The notes under the pieces were generated by a model. That model was given only the letters and a program-made list of their open reading frames with translations. It was not told where the DNA came from and did no database searches. From Chthonomonadales bacterium (lineage in GTDB: Bacteria; Armatimonadota; Chthonomonadetes; Chthonomonadales; Chthonomonadaceae): 31,453 nt of DNA. The stretch is from positions 1 through 31,453 of the forward strand of contig JBBQPO010000032.1 of the NCBI GenBank assembly GCA_038217285.1, in the 5' to 3' direction. Positions 15,554-25,900 of this stretch are shown in pieces; the first letter of the stretch is position 1, and the number at the start of each line of letters is the position of its first letter. Position numbers and translations under genes: made by a program.

Positions 15554-18500
15554 GAAATGCAGTCGCCGTGATCGGTATGGCGTGCCGCTACCCGGACGCA
15601 AAATCTCCGCAAGAGCTGTGGGAGAACTCGCTCGCGCAGCGCCGCGCATTTCGACGTATCCCCCCGGAGCGTCTGCGGTTGGAAGACTATCTCTCGGACG
15701 ACAGACGCGCGCCGGACCGAATCTACATGGGAGAGGCCGCGCTTATCGAGGGTTATGAGTTCGACCGGGTGCGCTATCATGTGATGGGCAGCACCTATCG
15801 CACCGCAGACCTGACCCACTGGCTGGCGCTGGATGTGGCAGCAGAGGCGCTGCAGAACTCCGGCGTTGTGATCGAGGGCGCTGCCCGTGAGACGACCGGC
15901 GTGATCGTGGGGAATACCCTGACAGGGGAGTTCACACGCGCGGGGCTGATGCGCGTGCGGTGGCCCTATGTCCGGCGGAATGTCGAGGCTGCCCTCCAGG
16001 AGGAGGGATGGGAACCCGACCGGCGGGCGCACTTCTTAGAGGTTCTGGAACAACGCTACAAGCACCCCTTTCCGGAGGTCAGCGAAGAGAGCCTTGCCGG
16101 CGGCCTGTCCAACACGATCGCGGGCCGAATCTGCAACTACTTCGACTTCCAGGGCGGAGGCTACACGGTAGACGGCGCGTGCGCCTCCTCGCTTCTGGCG
16201 CTGGCGACCGCCTGTTCCGCACTGGAAGCCGGGGATCTGGATGTCGTTGTCGCGGGCGGCGTCGATCTCAGCATCGATCCGTTCGAACTGGTGGGGTTCG
16301 CAAAGACTGGAGCGCTGGCGGCGGAAGAGATGCGCGTTTTTGACGTTCGCTCCGCCGGTTTCTGGCCCGGCGAAGGCTGCGGGTTTGCCGTGCTGATGCG
16401 GTATGAGGATGCGGTGGCGCAGGCGCGAACGATACACGCCGTCATCCGGGGATGGGGGGTCTCTTCGGATGGAAGCGGGGGAATTACCCGGCCCGAGGTC
16501 GCCGGACAGATGGTGGCGCTGCGCAAAGCGTATCGCCGGGCGGGATTCGGTATCGACACGGTCACCTATTTCGAGTGCCATGGAACCGGAACCAGTGTGG
16601 GAGATGCGACAGAGTTGGAAGCGCTGACCCGCGCCCGTCGCGACGCGGATGAGACGGCAGCGCCCGCGATAGTCGGGTCTATCAAGGCCACCATCGGCCA
16701 CACCAAAGCGGCCGCCGGCATGGCAGGATTTTTCAACGCGGCGATGGCGCTGCAGCATCGAACCCTCCCGCCACAATCGGGTTGTGAGCAGCCGCACCCC
16801 CTGGTGAACGGCGAATCAACGATGTTACGTGTCCTCCAGGAAGCCGAGCCGTGGCCTGCCGCGCGACCACTCCGGGCAGGCGTCAGTGGGATGGGATTCG
16901 GAGGGATCAACGCGCATCTGGTTCTGGAAGGGGTGAGCGACGGTCTGCGCAACGACCGACCTTCCACGGCGCAACGGCCTCTCTCCTCTCTGCAGGACGC
17001 GGAGCTGTTCCTGCTGGCAGAGGCAACCCCCACGGCCCTGCTGGCAACGGTAGATCATCTGCTCACCTTCGCTTCCCGAATATCGCGGGCGGAGATGGGC
17101 GACCTCGCCTGTGCGCTGGCCGCCAGGGCGGAGGGGGCGCCAGGCCCTTCCCGGGCCGCCCTGGTGGCGGTCCGTCCGGCCCAACTCCAGGACCGATTGC
17201 TGGCGCTCAGAAACCACCTTGTCCGCAGCCGAGAACCTGTGCTCGACAGCAAGGGAGGCTGGTTCTTCCACCCGGAGGCTTCCGGTAAAAAGCGAAACCG
17301 TATCGGCTTTCTGTTTCCGGGGCAGGGCGTTCCTCTCCACGCGGACGGCGGACTCTGGAGGCGGCGATTCGCCTCGGTCAAGGCGAGGTACGCGCGAGCG
17401 GATCTGCCGACACCCTCCGGCAGTACCGGGACGGAGGCGGCGCAGCCCATCATCGTTACCGCCTGCCTGGCCGCGCTGGATCTGGTGGGAGCGGTGGGAA
17501 TCACCGCTGACGTCGCCCTCGGCCACAGCCTGGGGGAACTGGTCGCCTTGCACTGGGCCGATGTGTTCGATGAGCAGGCGGTGCTGCGCATCGCCCGTGC
17601 TAGAGGAAGGGCCATGGCCTCGGTGAGCGGACCACGCGGCGCGATGGCGAGCCTCTCGGCGAGTGCGGAAGAGGTGCGCGGGCTCTGTGCAGGTACCGGC
17701 GCCGTGATCGCCGGACTCAACAGTTCCCAACAGACCGTCATTTCCGGGAAAGCCGACGAGATTGCGAGTGTGGTGCAGTGTGCGCTGGCAAGGGGCTGGC
17801 AGTCTGTCATGCTTCCCGTTTCCCATGCCTTCCACTCGCCGCTGATGGAAGAGGCCGTCCCTCTTCTGCGCGAAGCCTTGAGAGCCGACACGCCCGCTCC
17901 CCTGCACAGAGCCGTTCTCTCCACGGTGACAGGCACGCCGTTATCGAAAGAGACGGATGTTACGGCTCTGCTCTGCGCGCAACTGACGGGGCCTGTCCGG
18001 TTTTCAGAGGCTTTCGCAGCCGCACAAGCCGGAATCGATCTGTGGCTGGAGCTTGGCCCTGGCCAGGTCTTGACAGGACTGGCGGCTGGAATGACGTCGG
18101 CGCCTATCATTGCGCTCCACGCAGGCGGCGAGTCACTGCGCGGCCTGCTCCTGGGAGTCGGAGCCTGCTTCGTTCTGGGAGCCGTGTCATACCCGGCTGC
18201 TCTGTACACGGATCGGTTTGTTCGCCCATTCCCATGGAACTGGCAGCCGCGCTTTTTCCAGAATCCGTGCGAGCTTGCGCCCATCCTCTCGGCGAAGGCT
18301 CCAGAGGCTGTTAGCAGAGGGACTGCCTTCGAGGAAGCGCCTCCGACCCCCTCGCTGCCGCCGCACGAAGCGCCCCTCGGTTCGGCGCGTGAGAATCGAC
18401 AGGGCGATTTAGGCTCGACCCTCGAGGCCATCCGTCAGCTCGTCGCCGAACGAACAGAGCTGCCGGTTGCCGCCATCGCAGGGGAGCATCGATTCCTTTC

Positions 18501-21384
18501 GGACCTGCATCTCAACTCGATCACGGTGGGCGAACTGATGGTTCGGGCGGCGCGGGAGGTGGGTGTCCCGGTCCCCTCAATGCCTCTGGACTTTGCCGAC
18601 GCCACCCTGGCGGACGCTGCACGCATGCTGGACGAAAGCGAGCACAACGGCGGAATGTCCGCCGACGAGAGGGACAGCCTCTCTCCGGCGGGTGTGGCTC
18701 CCTGGGTGGAGAGTTTTACGGTGGAATGGGTGGAGACGCCCCTCCAGAATGTCCGCCCTCCGACGGAGCGTGGGATCTGGCATGTGTTCGCTCCTGAGTC
18801 GTGCCGCTGGGCCGAGTCAGTACGCATCGCCTTTGCAGCCGCGCCTTCAGGTGGCGTCGTGGTCTGCATGCCAGCCGCTCTCACATACGATTCTGTGGAC
18901 CTGCTGCTGGCGAGCGCCCGGGCGCTGTTCGCGCAAGAGAAGCCGGAGCGCTACGTCGTGGTCCAGGAGGGTTGTTCTGGCGCTCCTTTCGCCAGAACCC
19001 TCTCTCTGGAACACTCCGGCATCGCGACCTGTGTTGTCGATGTCCCCTGGGATCACCCGGAAGCAGCGACCTTTGTCGTCCGCGAAGCGCTGGCCGCAGA
19101 GGGCTTTCGCGAGGCAAGATACGATTTGGAAGGCGTCCGCCACGAACCGCGACTGCGCCATCTGCCTCCGAAGCCGAAAGCCGGGATGACGCTCGGATCG
19201 AACGACGTGCTGCTCGTCTCCGGAGGCGGCAAAGGCATCGCCGCCGAATGCGCGCTGGCGCTGGCGCAGCGCACCGGCACACGCCTCCTTCTCCTGGGCC
19301 GCGCGGACCCACACGTCGATGCGGAGCTTGCGCGCAATCTGGCACGCCTGGCCGACGCAGGCGCCTCTGTGCATTATGCCCGGGCGGACGTTACCAATTC
19401 TGCACAGGTGGAATCGGCGCTTCAGGAAGCGCAGGCAGAGATAGGCCCGGTGACGGCGATCCTGCATGGCGCAGGCCGAAATGTTCCCTGCCCGATCCGC
19501 GACCTGACCGCAGAAGCGTTTCATCTCACGCTGGCCACGAAAGTGACGGGACTGCAAAATATTCTGGCGGCGATCAACTCGAAGGCGCTGCGCCTGCTCG
19601 TCTCCTTTGGCTCCATAATCGCCCGCACCGGACTGCAGGGCGAAGCGGACTATGCCGTCGCGAATGCCAGGCTAACGAGCTTTGTGGAGGAGTGGCAGAG
19701 AGATCACGCGGACTGTCGCTGCCTCAACCTGGAGTGGTCGGTCTGGGCGGGCGCCGGCATGGCCGAACGAATGGGGCGCGTGGAGGCGCTTACGCGACAG
19801 GGGATCATGCCGATTTCTATCGAGGACGGTACCGCACAGTTGGTTCATCTCCTCGAACAGCCCGCCAATGCGATATCGTACGTGGTCACCGGGCGATTTG
19901 GCAGCATCCCAACGCTTACGTGTGAAGAGGCGTCGCTGCCGTTTCAGCGGTTTCTAGAGCGGCCTCGCGTCTACTACCCGGATGTGGAGCTTGTGGTGGA
20001 TTCGGTGTTGTCGGCGGATTCGGATCCCTATCTGAGCGACCATATCTTCGCTCGGGAGCGATTGATGCCGGGAGTCATGGCGTTGGAGGCAGCAGCACAG
20101 GTCGCCATGGCGCTGGCCCGAAGCGCGACACCGCCCCGTTTCGAAAACGTCCGGTTTCTACGGCCGACCGTTGTGCCCGAAAATCAGGCGGTGACGCTGC
20201 GGGTGGCGGCTCTCCAACGGACGCCGGGCCGGATCGAGATCGCGATCCGCAGCGACGCGACCTCTTTCCAGGCCGATCATGTTCGCCTGACCTGTCGGTT
20301 CGATGCCCCTGTGGAAGCTCGGGAGCCTGGGGAACTGGAGCGCTCCCCTCTGCTCGATCTGAGAGAACAACTCTCCAGCAGGTCGGGAAGCGAACTGTAC
20401 GGACCGCTGCTGTTTCAAACGGGCCGCTTCCGGCGACTGAAGGGATACCGCCTGCTGCGTGCGAAAGAGTGTGTCGCCGAGATCGGCGCGGCGGTGGAAG
20501 CGCCGTGGTTTGGACCCTATCTGCCGACCGCCCTGGTTCTGGGCGATGTGGGAGCGCGGGATGCCGCCATTCACCTGATCCAGGCCTGCATCCCTCACGC
20601 AACTCTTTTGCCGATCGGTATCGACCGCCTGACCCTGGGGCAGACGCCTCTTGCCGCGCCTTGCATAGCGCTGGCGCGAGAGACATCGCAGGAAGGCGAC
20701 CTTTTCACCTACGATCTCACGCTCTACGACCGGGAAGGCCGCCCTTGCGAATCGTGGCAAGGGCTGCATCTGCGCCGGGTGGCGGATCGCAATCCAGCGG
20801 AGACCTGGCCCGAACTGCTGGTGGGGCCGTATGTGGAGCGCATGCTGGCAGCCCACCTTCCACCCTCGCAAGAGATCGGCGCGATCCTGACGTCTTCAGG
20901 CTCGGACAGATCCGAAGACAACACCGAACAGGCGCTGACGCAACTCCTGGGAAGGCCGATACAGGTGCGGAGGCGACCCGACGGCAAGCCGGAAACGGAA
21001 GGAGGGCTCACGGTCTCCTCGGCGCATAGCGGCAGCCTTACCTTTGCCGTTGCGGGAGCCGGCGCCCTGAGTTGCGACGCCGAAGCGGTGGTTCATCGCC
21101 CGGTAGGCGTCTGGCAGGATCTGTTGGGCGCAGTCGGAATGACGCTGGCCCAGCGGATTGTCCATGAAACAGGAGCGGATCTGGATCAGGCCGCAACGCG
21201 CGTTTGGGCAGCGAACGAGTGCGCGAAAAAGCTGGGACGGCGGCATTCCTCGCTTGTGCTTGAGGCGGCAACAGTCCCGGACTGGGTGCGCTTCTCCAGT
21301 GGCGATCTCCATATTGCCACCTACGCTTGCCATGTCTCGACGCGGTCTGAGCGGCTGGTTCTGGCTGTGGCGACGGAGTGTTGA
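15550..21384 (+). CDS. pksE: Enediyne iterative type I polyketide synthase PKSE (KS-AT-ACP-KR-DH-PPTase), 1944 aa
   Basis: KS: DGACASS, CHGTGT, GHTKAAAG. Malonyl-type AT: GHSLG, HAFH. Internal ACP: SDLHLNSITVG. KR: GGGKGI, QGEADYAVAN. DH: LSDHIFARERLMPG, RDAAIH. C-terminal PPTase: SCDAE, RVWAANECAKK. This domain order is diagnostic of PKSE. ATGA overlap with unbU. Confidence 0.96.
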   Translation: MRNAVAVIGMACRYPDAKSPQELWENSLAQRRAFRRIPPERLRLEDYLSDDRRAPDRIYMGEAALIEGYEFDRVRYHVMGSTYRTADLTHWLALDVAAEALQNSGVVIEGAARETTGVIVGNTLTGEFTRAGLMRVRWPYVRRNVEAALQEEGWEPDRRAHFLEVLEQRYKHPFPEVSEESLAGGLSNTIAGRICNYFDFQGGGYTVDGACASSLLALATACSALEAGDLDVVVAGGVDLSIDPFELVGFAKTGALAAEEMRVFDVRSAGFWPGEGCGFAVLMRYEDAVAQARTIHAVIRGWGVSSDGSGGITRPEVAGQMVALRKAYRRAGFGIDTVTYFECHGTGTSVGDATELEALTRARRDADETAAPAIVGSIKATIGHTKAAAGMAGFFNAAMALQHRTLPPQSGCEQPHPLVNGESTMLRVLQEAEPWPAARPLRAGVSGMGFGGINAHLVLEGVSDGLRNDRPSTAQRPLSSLQDAELFLLAEATPTALLATVDHLLTFASRISRAEMGDLACALAARAEGAPGPSRAALVAVRPAQLQDRLLALRNHLVRSREPVLDSKGGWFFHPEASGKKRNRIGFLFPGQGVPLHADGGLWRRRFASVKARYARADLPTPSGSTGTEAAQPIIVTACLAALDLVGAVGITADVALGHSLGELVALHWADVFDEQAVLRIARARGRAMASVSGPRGAMASLSASAEEVRGLCAGTGAVIAGLNSSQQTVISGKADEIASVVQCALARGWQSVMLPVSHAFHSPLMEEAVPLLREALRADTPAPLHRAVLSTVTGTPLSKETDVTALLCAQLTGPVRFSEAFAAAQAGIDLWLELGPGQVLTGLAAGMTSAPIIALHAGGESLRGLLLGVGACFVLGAVSYPAALYTDRFVRPFPWNWQPRFFQNPCELAPILSAKAPEAVSRGTAFEEAPPTPSLPPHEAPLGSARENRQGDLGSTLEAIRQLVAERTELPVAAIAGEHRFLSDLHLNSITVGELMVRAAREVGVPVPSMPLDFADATLADAARMLDESEHNGGMSADERDSLSPAGVAPWVESFTVEWVETPLQNVRPPTERGIWHVFAPESCRWAESVRIAFAAAPSGGVVVCMPAALTYDSVDLLLASARALFAQEKPERYVVVQEGCSGAPFARTLSLEHSGIATCVVDVPWDHPEAATFVVREALAAEGFREARYDLEGVRHEPRLRHLPPKPKAGMTLGSNDVLLVSGGGKGIAAECALALAQRTGTRLLLLGRADPHVDAELARNLARLADAGASVHYARADVTNSAQVESALQEAQAEIGPVTAILHGAGRNVPCPIRDLTAEAFHLTLATKVTGLQNILAAINSKALRLLVSFGSIIARTGLQGEADYAVANARLTSFVEEWQRDHADCRCLNLEWSVWAGAGMAERMGRVEALTRQGIMPISIEDGTAQLVHLLEQPANAISYVVTGRFGSIPTLTCEEASLPFQRFLERPRVYYPDVELVVDSVLSADSDPYLSDHIFARERLMPGVMALEAAAQVAMALARSATPPRFENVRFLRPTVVPENQAVTLRVAALQRTPGRIEIAIRSDATSFQADHVRLTCRFDAPVEAREPGELERSPLLDLREQLSSRSGSELYGPLLFQTGRFRRLKGYRLLRAKECVAEIGAAVEAPWFGPYLPTALVLGDVGARDAAIHLIQACIPHATLLPIGIDRLTLGQTPLAAPCIALARETSQEGDLFTYDLTLYDREGRPCESWQGLHLRRVADRNPAETWPELLVGPYVERMLAAHLPPSQEIGAILTSSGSDRSEDNTEQALTQLLGRPIQVRRRPDGKPETEGGLTVSSAHSGSLTFAVAGAGALSCDAEAVVHRPVGVWQDLLGAVGMTLAQRIVHETGADLDQAATRVWAANECAKKLGRRHSSLVLEAATVPDWVRFSSGDLHIATYACHVSTRSERLVLAVATEC

Positions 21385-21386
21385 CC

Positions 21387-21824
21387 ATGCCCGACTACTA
21401 TGAGTACCGCCATATCGTCGGTTTCGAAGAGACAAATCTTGTCGGCAACGTCTACTTCACCAATCATCTGAAGTGGCAGGGACGGTGTCGGGAGCTCTTC
21501 CTGCGCGACCATGCGCCCGTGGTGCTGGCGGCGCTGGCGGACGGGCTCTGCCTGGTGACGGCCCGCTGCTCGTGCGACTACCTGCAGGAACTGGCGCCCT
21601 TTGACGAAATCGCGGTTCGGATGCGCTTAGGCAGTCAGGCGCAGAACCGTCTGGTGTTGTTATTCGAGTACTGGCGGTGCGGAGCCTCGGGCGAGGAACT
21701 GGTGGCGCGCGGCGAACAGCACGTCGTCAGCATGGAGCGCCGGGCAGATCAATCGGTGGTGCCGGTGCCGATGCCAGAGGGACTGACAACCGCCTTGACC
21801 CGGTTTCTCCGAACCGCTCCGTGA
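21387..21824 (+). CDS. Enediyne hot-dog-fold thioesterase (E10; SgcE10/CalE7/DynE7-like)
   Basis: YYEYRHIVGFEETNLVGNVYF..HLKWQGRCRELFL motif with the conserved Arg-Glu pair; immediately follows pksE. Confidence 0.94.
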   Translation: MPDYYEYRHIVGFEETNLVGNVYFTNHLKWQGRCRELFLRDHAPVVLAALADGLCLVTARCSCDYLQELAPFDEIAVRMRLGSQAQNRLVLLFEYWRCGASGEELVARGEQHVVSMERRADQSVVPVPMPEGLTTALTRFLRTAP

Positions 21825-22109
21825 GTCTCTGCCGGACGGCGCATGTCAACATTTTATCGCGACTATTCAGTCTCACCCGGCCGAGGGTGCGGCTGTCTAC
21901 TACTGAAGAAGAAGGAAAGGAGGTGGTTCTACCGCAGCGTCTGTCGAATACGCGAACGGATCGCTTGCATCTCGCAAGTCACCCTGACGTATCGACCCAA
22001 CTAGAAACAATGGCATTTCTGACGTGTGGCCCGAATGTAAACACCGGAATGTTGAATCGCGCCCGCGCAAATTCTCGCTTCCTATGATTAGGAAAGGATT
22101 CCATTCACA

Positions 22110-22898
22110 ATGCGAACTAAGCGAACACTGGTTTCATCTCTGGCTACTGCTGCCTGCATCCTGCTAGGGGTTGGCGCCGCACTACCCTCCCACGCTCAGG
22201 CGTTTGACGTCTTTGCGGGGTACGATCTTTTCGAAACCCAATCTGGCACCACCTTTCTGGGAACTCCGCTCAAAGGAGTTCCCGTGAACAGTTACAACTT
22301 CGGCGGAGTCATTGGCACCCAGAACGTGGGGACAACCGATACGATCGTCCAGCGTCTCAACAATGCGGGCCCCTCCGTACTGAATGGGACGGCCCCAACC
22401 AGCCTTCAGATGAACTTTCTGGACATGGTGACCACTGCGCCCACAACGTTTGGAGGCGCACTGCCCCTGAACACCTACTACATCTTTCTGAATCCTGCGT
22501 CGCCCAGCACCGGTACGATGAACATCACCTACCTCACCGCGATATCAGGAACATTTCAGTCAAGCATCAACGTGAACTACATGATCGGAACTGCACCGAA
22601 TGACCCCAGTTCGGCGGTGACCACCGGCTCCAGTACTCTCACCACTCCTGGCCCTGTAAATTGGTCGGACACAGCCCCTCTGGGCGCGCTCCAGATTCCT
22701 GGGGTGAACCTCAACCTCAACGGATCGACTATCAACAACGATTTCTGGCCCAATTCGAGCTTTGTTGAGGACCACCCTGCCGGTGCCCATCACATAGTTA
22801 ACAATGCAGTAGCTACACCTGAGCCAGGCAGTCTCGCGCTTGTGTTTGCTTCGGCCTCGGTCGGCCTCGGCCTGCTGCGCCGACGCCGCTCCCGCTAG
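22110..22898 (+). CDS. Secreted PEP-CTERM sorting-domain protein
   Basis: Signal peptide ending PSHA-Q; Thr/Asn/Gly-rich body; C-terminal TPEPGSLALVFASASVGLGLLRRRRSR; AGGAAAGGA RBS. Confidence 0.92.
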   Translation: MRTKRTLVSSLATAACILLGVGAALPSHAQAFDVFAGYDLFETQSGTTFLGTPLKGVPVNSYNFGGVIGTQNVGTTDTIVQRLNNAGPSVLNGTAPTSLQMNFLDMVTTAPTTFGGALPLNTYYIFLNPASPSTGTMNITYLTAISGTFQSSINVNYMIGTAPNDPSSAVTTGSSTLTTPGPVNWSDTAPLGALQIPGVNLNLNGSTINNDFWPNSSFVEDHPAGAHHIVNNAVATPEPGSLALVFASASVGLGLLRRRRSR

Positions 22899-22925
22899 GG
22901 TGGCTCAGGTTTCATCCTGATGCCA

Positions 22926-22973
22926 TGCGACCGCCCTTCTGAACAGCTTCAGAAGGGCGGTCGCAGTTTTGTT
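22926..22973 (+). terminator. Strong intrinsic terminator, probably bidirectional
   Basis: TGCGACCGCCCTTCTGAA-CAGC-TTCAGAAGGGCGGTCGCA is a perfect 18-bp stem followed by GTTTTGTT, between convergent genes. Confidence 0.8.
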
Positions 22974-25900
22974 CGGCTGCCGATCACTCGGTAAAACGAA
23001 GGGATCACGACCAGCGTCAGCGCGAGTGACATCAGCAAGCCGTAGATCAGCGCCCAGGCCAGCGGCGGCCAGAGCGTTCCCCCGTTCAGCGCCTGCGGCA
23101 GTACGCCGAAGATCGAGAGCAGCACCGTCAGCAGGATAGGTCTCAGCCGACGGCGACCGGCGTTGAGCAGAGCCTGATCCATGCTGCCTCCCTCCCGCAT
23201 CTCCGTCAGCGCGTACTCGAACAGCACGATGGCATGGTTGGTCAACACACCGCTCAGGCTGACGATGCCCAGAAACGCCATAAACCCGAACGGCAGGCGC
23301 ATTAGCCAGAGGCCCAGAATCGCGCCGATCATGCTGAAGGGTATCGCAATCAGGATCGTCACAGCGACGCGGAACGAGTTGAACTCCCACACGACAATCA
23401 CAAGGTTCGCCGCAATCGTCACGCCAAGGATCAAGAGCAGCTCGGTAAAGGACTTGACCACCTCCTCAAGCTCGCCGCCGTAGCTGACTGTCACGCCGTG
23501 CGGTATCACCGAGGCCGCGATCCGCTTCTGTGCCTGCGCGAGAATCTGCGAGGCCAGATGTGTCCCGTCCGTAAATGCGGAGATCGTCAGGGTGCGCACA
23601 TGATTGCGCCGTACAATCCGCCCCTCCTGCGGCGCCAGGGAGAGTGTGGCCACCTGGCGGAGCGGAATCGATGGACCCTCTCGGGTCGGCAGATACAGGT
23701 CCTCCAGTGACTGGGGGCCTGAGCGTTCGGCGCGAGAGAAGCGCATCTGGATCGGGATCTCCTTCTCGCCCTCGCGCATCATGGAGACGGTCAATCCGGA
23801 GTAGCCCATCTGCGTCGCCTCGGCGATATCGGCGTTGGTCAGCCCCGCAAGTCGGGCCCTGCCCTCATTGATCTTTACCTGGAGCGTCAACGGCGGCGTA
23901 TCGTAGTCCTGAAACACCGACTTCGTTCCGGGGATCGTGTTGAGGATCGCCTGAATCTGCTCCCCTGCGGCACGCAGATCTGCGATACTCTCACCGGCGA
24001 CTCGGATGGCGATGGGAGCGCCTACCGGCGGTCCTTGCTCCAGCGAGCGCACAGTGACGCGCGCCTCCGCGATGGTGGCATCGGCCTGCTTCTGAACGGC
24101 AGCGATCAGGGCGCGCGCATCGTCCGACCGAGTGGTGTTGACCAGGATCTGCGCATAGTTCGACGCCGGCGGCTCCGGGCTGACGTTGTAGTAGAAGCGC
24201 GGCCCTCCCTGCCCGATATAGGTCGCCACGGATTCGATTCCCGCCTGGGCCTGTACGATCCGCTCCACCTTTTCGGCGGTCTGCAGGGTGGCCAGCACGT
24301 CCCGCCCTTCCGGCAGAGAGACGTCGATGGTGAACTGGCTGCGCAAGGCAGGTGGGAAGTACTGGATGCCGAGCCGCGGGACGACCATAATGGCGACCGC
24401 GAGCCCGACGAACGCCAACCCCACGGTGAGTCTGGCGCGGCGCAGGCCCTGTGCCGCCAGCCAGGAGATTCCATCGCGCAGCCGATCCACCAGCCGCAGA
24501 AACAATATCCGGATGCGATTGGGATGCTCTTCCTGTTCGCCCTTCAGGAAGCGAAGCGCAATCAGCGGCGCAACGGTGTAGTTGAACAGCAGCGAGAGCA
24601 GAGTCGCCAGGCTGGTCACGACGCCTACATCCCGGATAAACTCGCCCACCGCGCCCGAAAGCAGCAGCATCGGTGCAAACGAGGCGACCGTGGTCAGGTT
24701 GGAAGTGAGGAGCGGGATGCGCAGCTCATCGACCCCCTCGATGGCCGCCTGTTCGCGTTCCATGCCCGCGCTGAGTTTGCGCTCGATGTTGTCCACCACG
24801 ACGATGGAGTTGTCTACAACCAGTCCGAGCGCGATAATCAGAGCGCTGATGGAGATCTGTTGAATGTCCCGCCCAAAAACGTACATGGCGGCGAACGTGC
24901 CGAGAATCGTGATCGGCAGCATCACGCCGACGATCAGGGCGGAACGGAGCCCCATAAACAGCGTGAGCACCACCACGATCAAGGCGATGCCCATCCAGAG
25001 GTTTTGCTTGAACTCCGTCATTCGGCGCTCGACGGAACGCGGCAGATCGTTCACCAACGTGAGCCGAACGCCCGCCGGCAGATCCGCCCGCAGCCGTTCA
25101 AACTGCCGCTTCACGTCCTCTCCCAACACCATGATGTTGAATCCCCGGCGCATGGTGATAGAGACACCCACCGCTGGCTTGCCATCGACCCGGAACAGAA
25201 ATGCAGAGGGGTCGGCATAACCGCGCGTAACCGTGGCGAAGTCTCTCAGAGAGATGGGAACACCGTTGGGGGAGGCGACTATCAGACGGGCCAGGTCGGC
25301 GGGATCGGTGATGTTGCCGCTCGGCTGGATGGAGAAGCGGGTCGCCCCAGGGGCCACGCTCCCGCCCGCGCCCGGCAGAACGTTGAGCCGGGCAATAGCC
25401 TGCGCCACCTCGGTGGGGGATACGGCGAACTGCGTCATGCGCTGTGCGGAGAGAGTGATCCAGACGCGCTCCTGCTGCTCCCCGATCAGATCGACCTGCC
25501 CCACCTCGGGAAGTGTGCGAAGCCTATCACGCACCCGCCGGGCAACATACCCACGCTGCCGGTCTGTGGCGCCGTCCTCCGTCACGCCGACGATTACGGC
25601 GGCCGTATCGCCAAATCGATCGTTCACCTCCACGCTCAGCACACCGGCGGGCAGGCTCGTCCGAATGTCGCCGATCCGGTCGCGCAGCTCGTCCCGAAAC
25701 TTCTTGAGATCCCGCGTCTGATCGGCACACTCCGCCTGCAGCACGGCGATTCCGGGCCGGGACGTGCTCCGGACATTCTTGATGTCATCCAGTTCCAGCA
25801 GAGAGCGCTCGAGCCTATCGGTAACGAGATTCTCCACCTGCTGCGCCGTTGCCCCCGGATAAGAGGCGACGATCTGCACGAAGCGGCCCTGCAGGTCGGG

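Noticed and set aside
15550-21384. PUFA synthase or modular PKS
   Set aside because: A single ACP between AT and KR, a C-terminal PPTase, and the flanking unbL/V/U and E10 genes identify it as PKSE.
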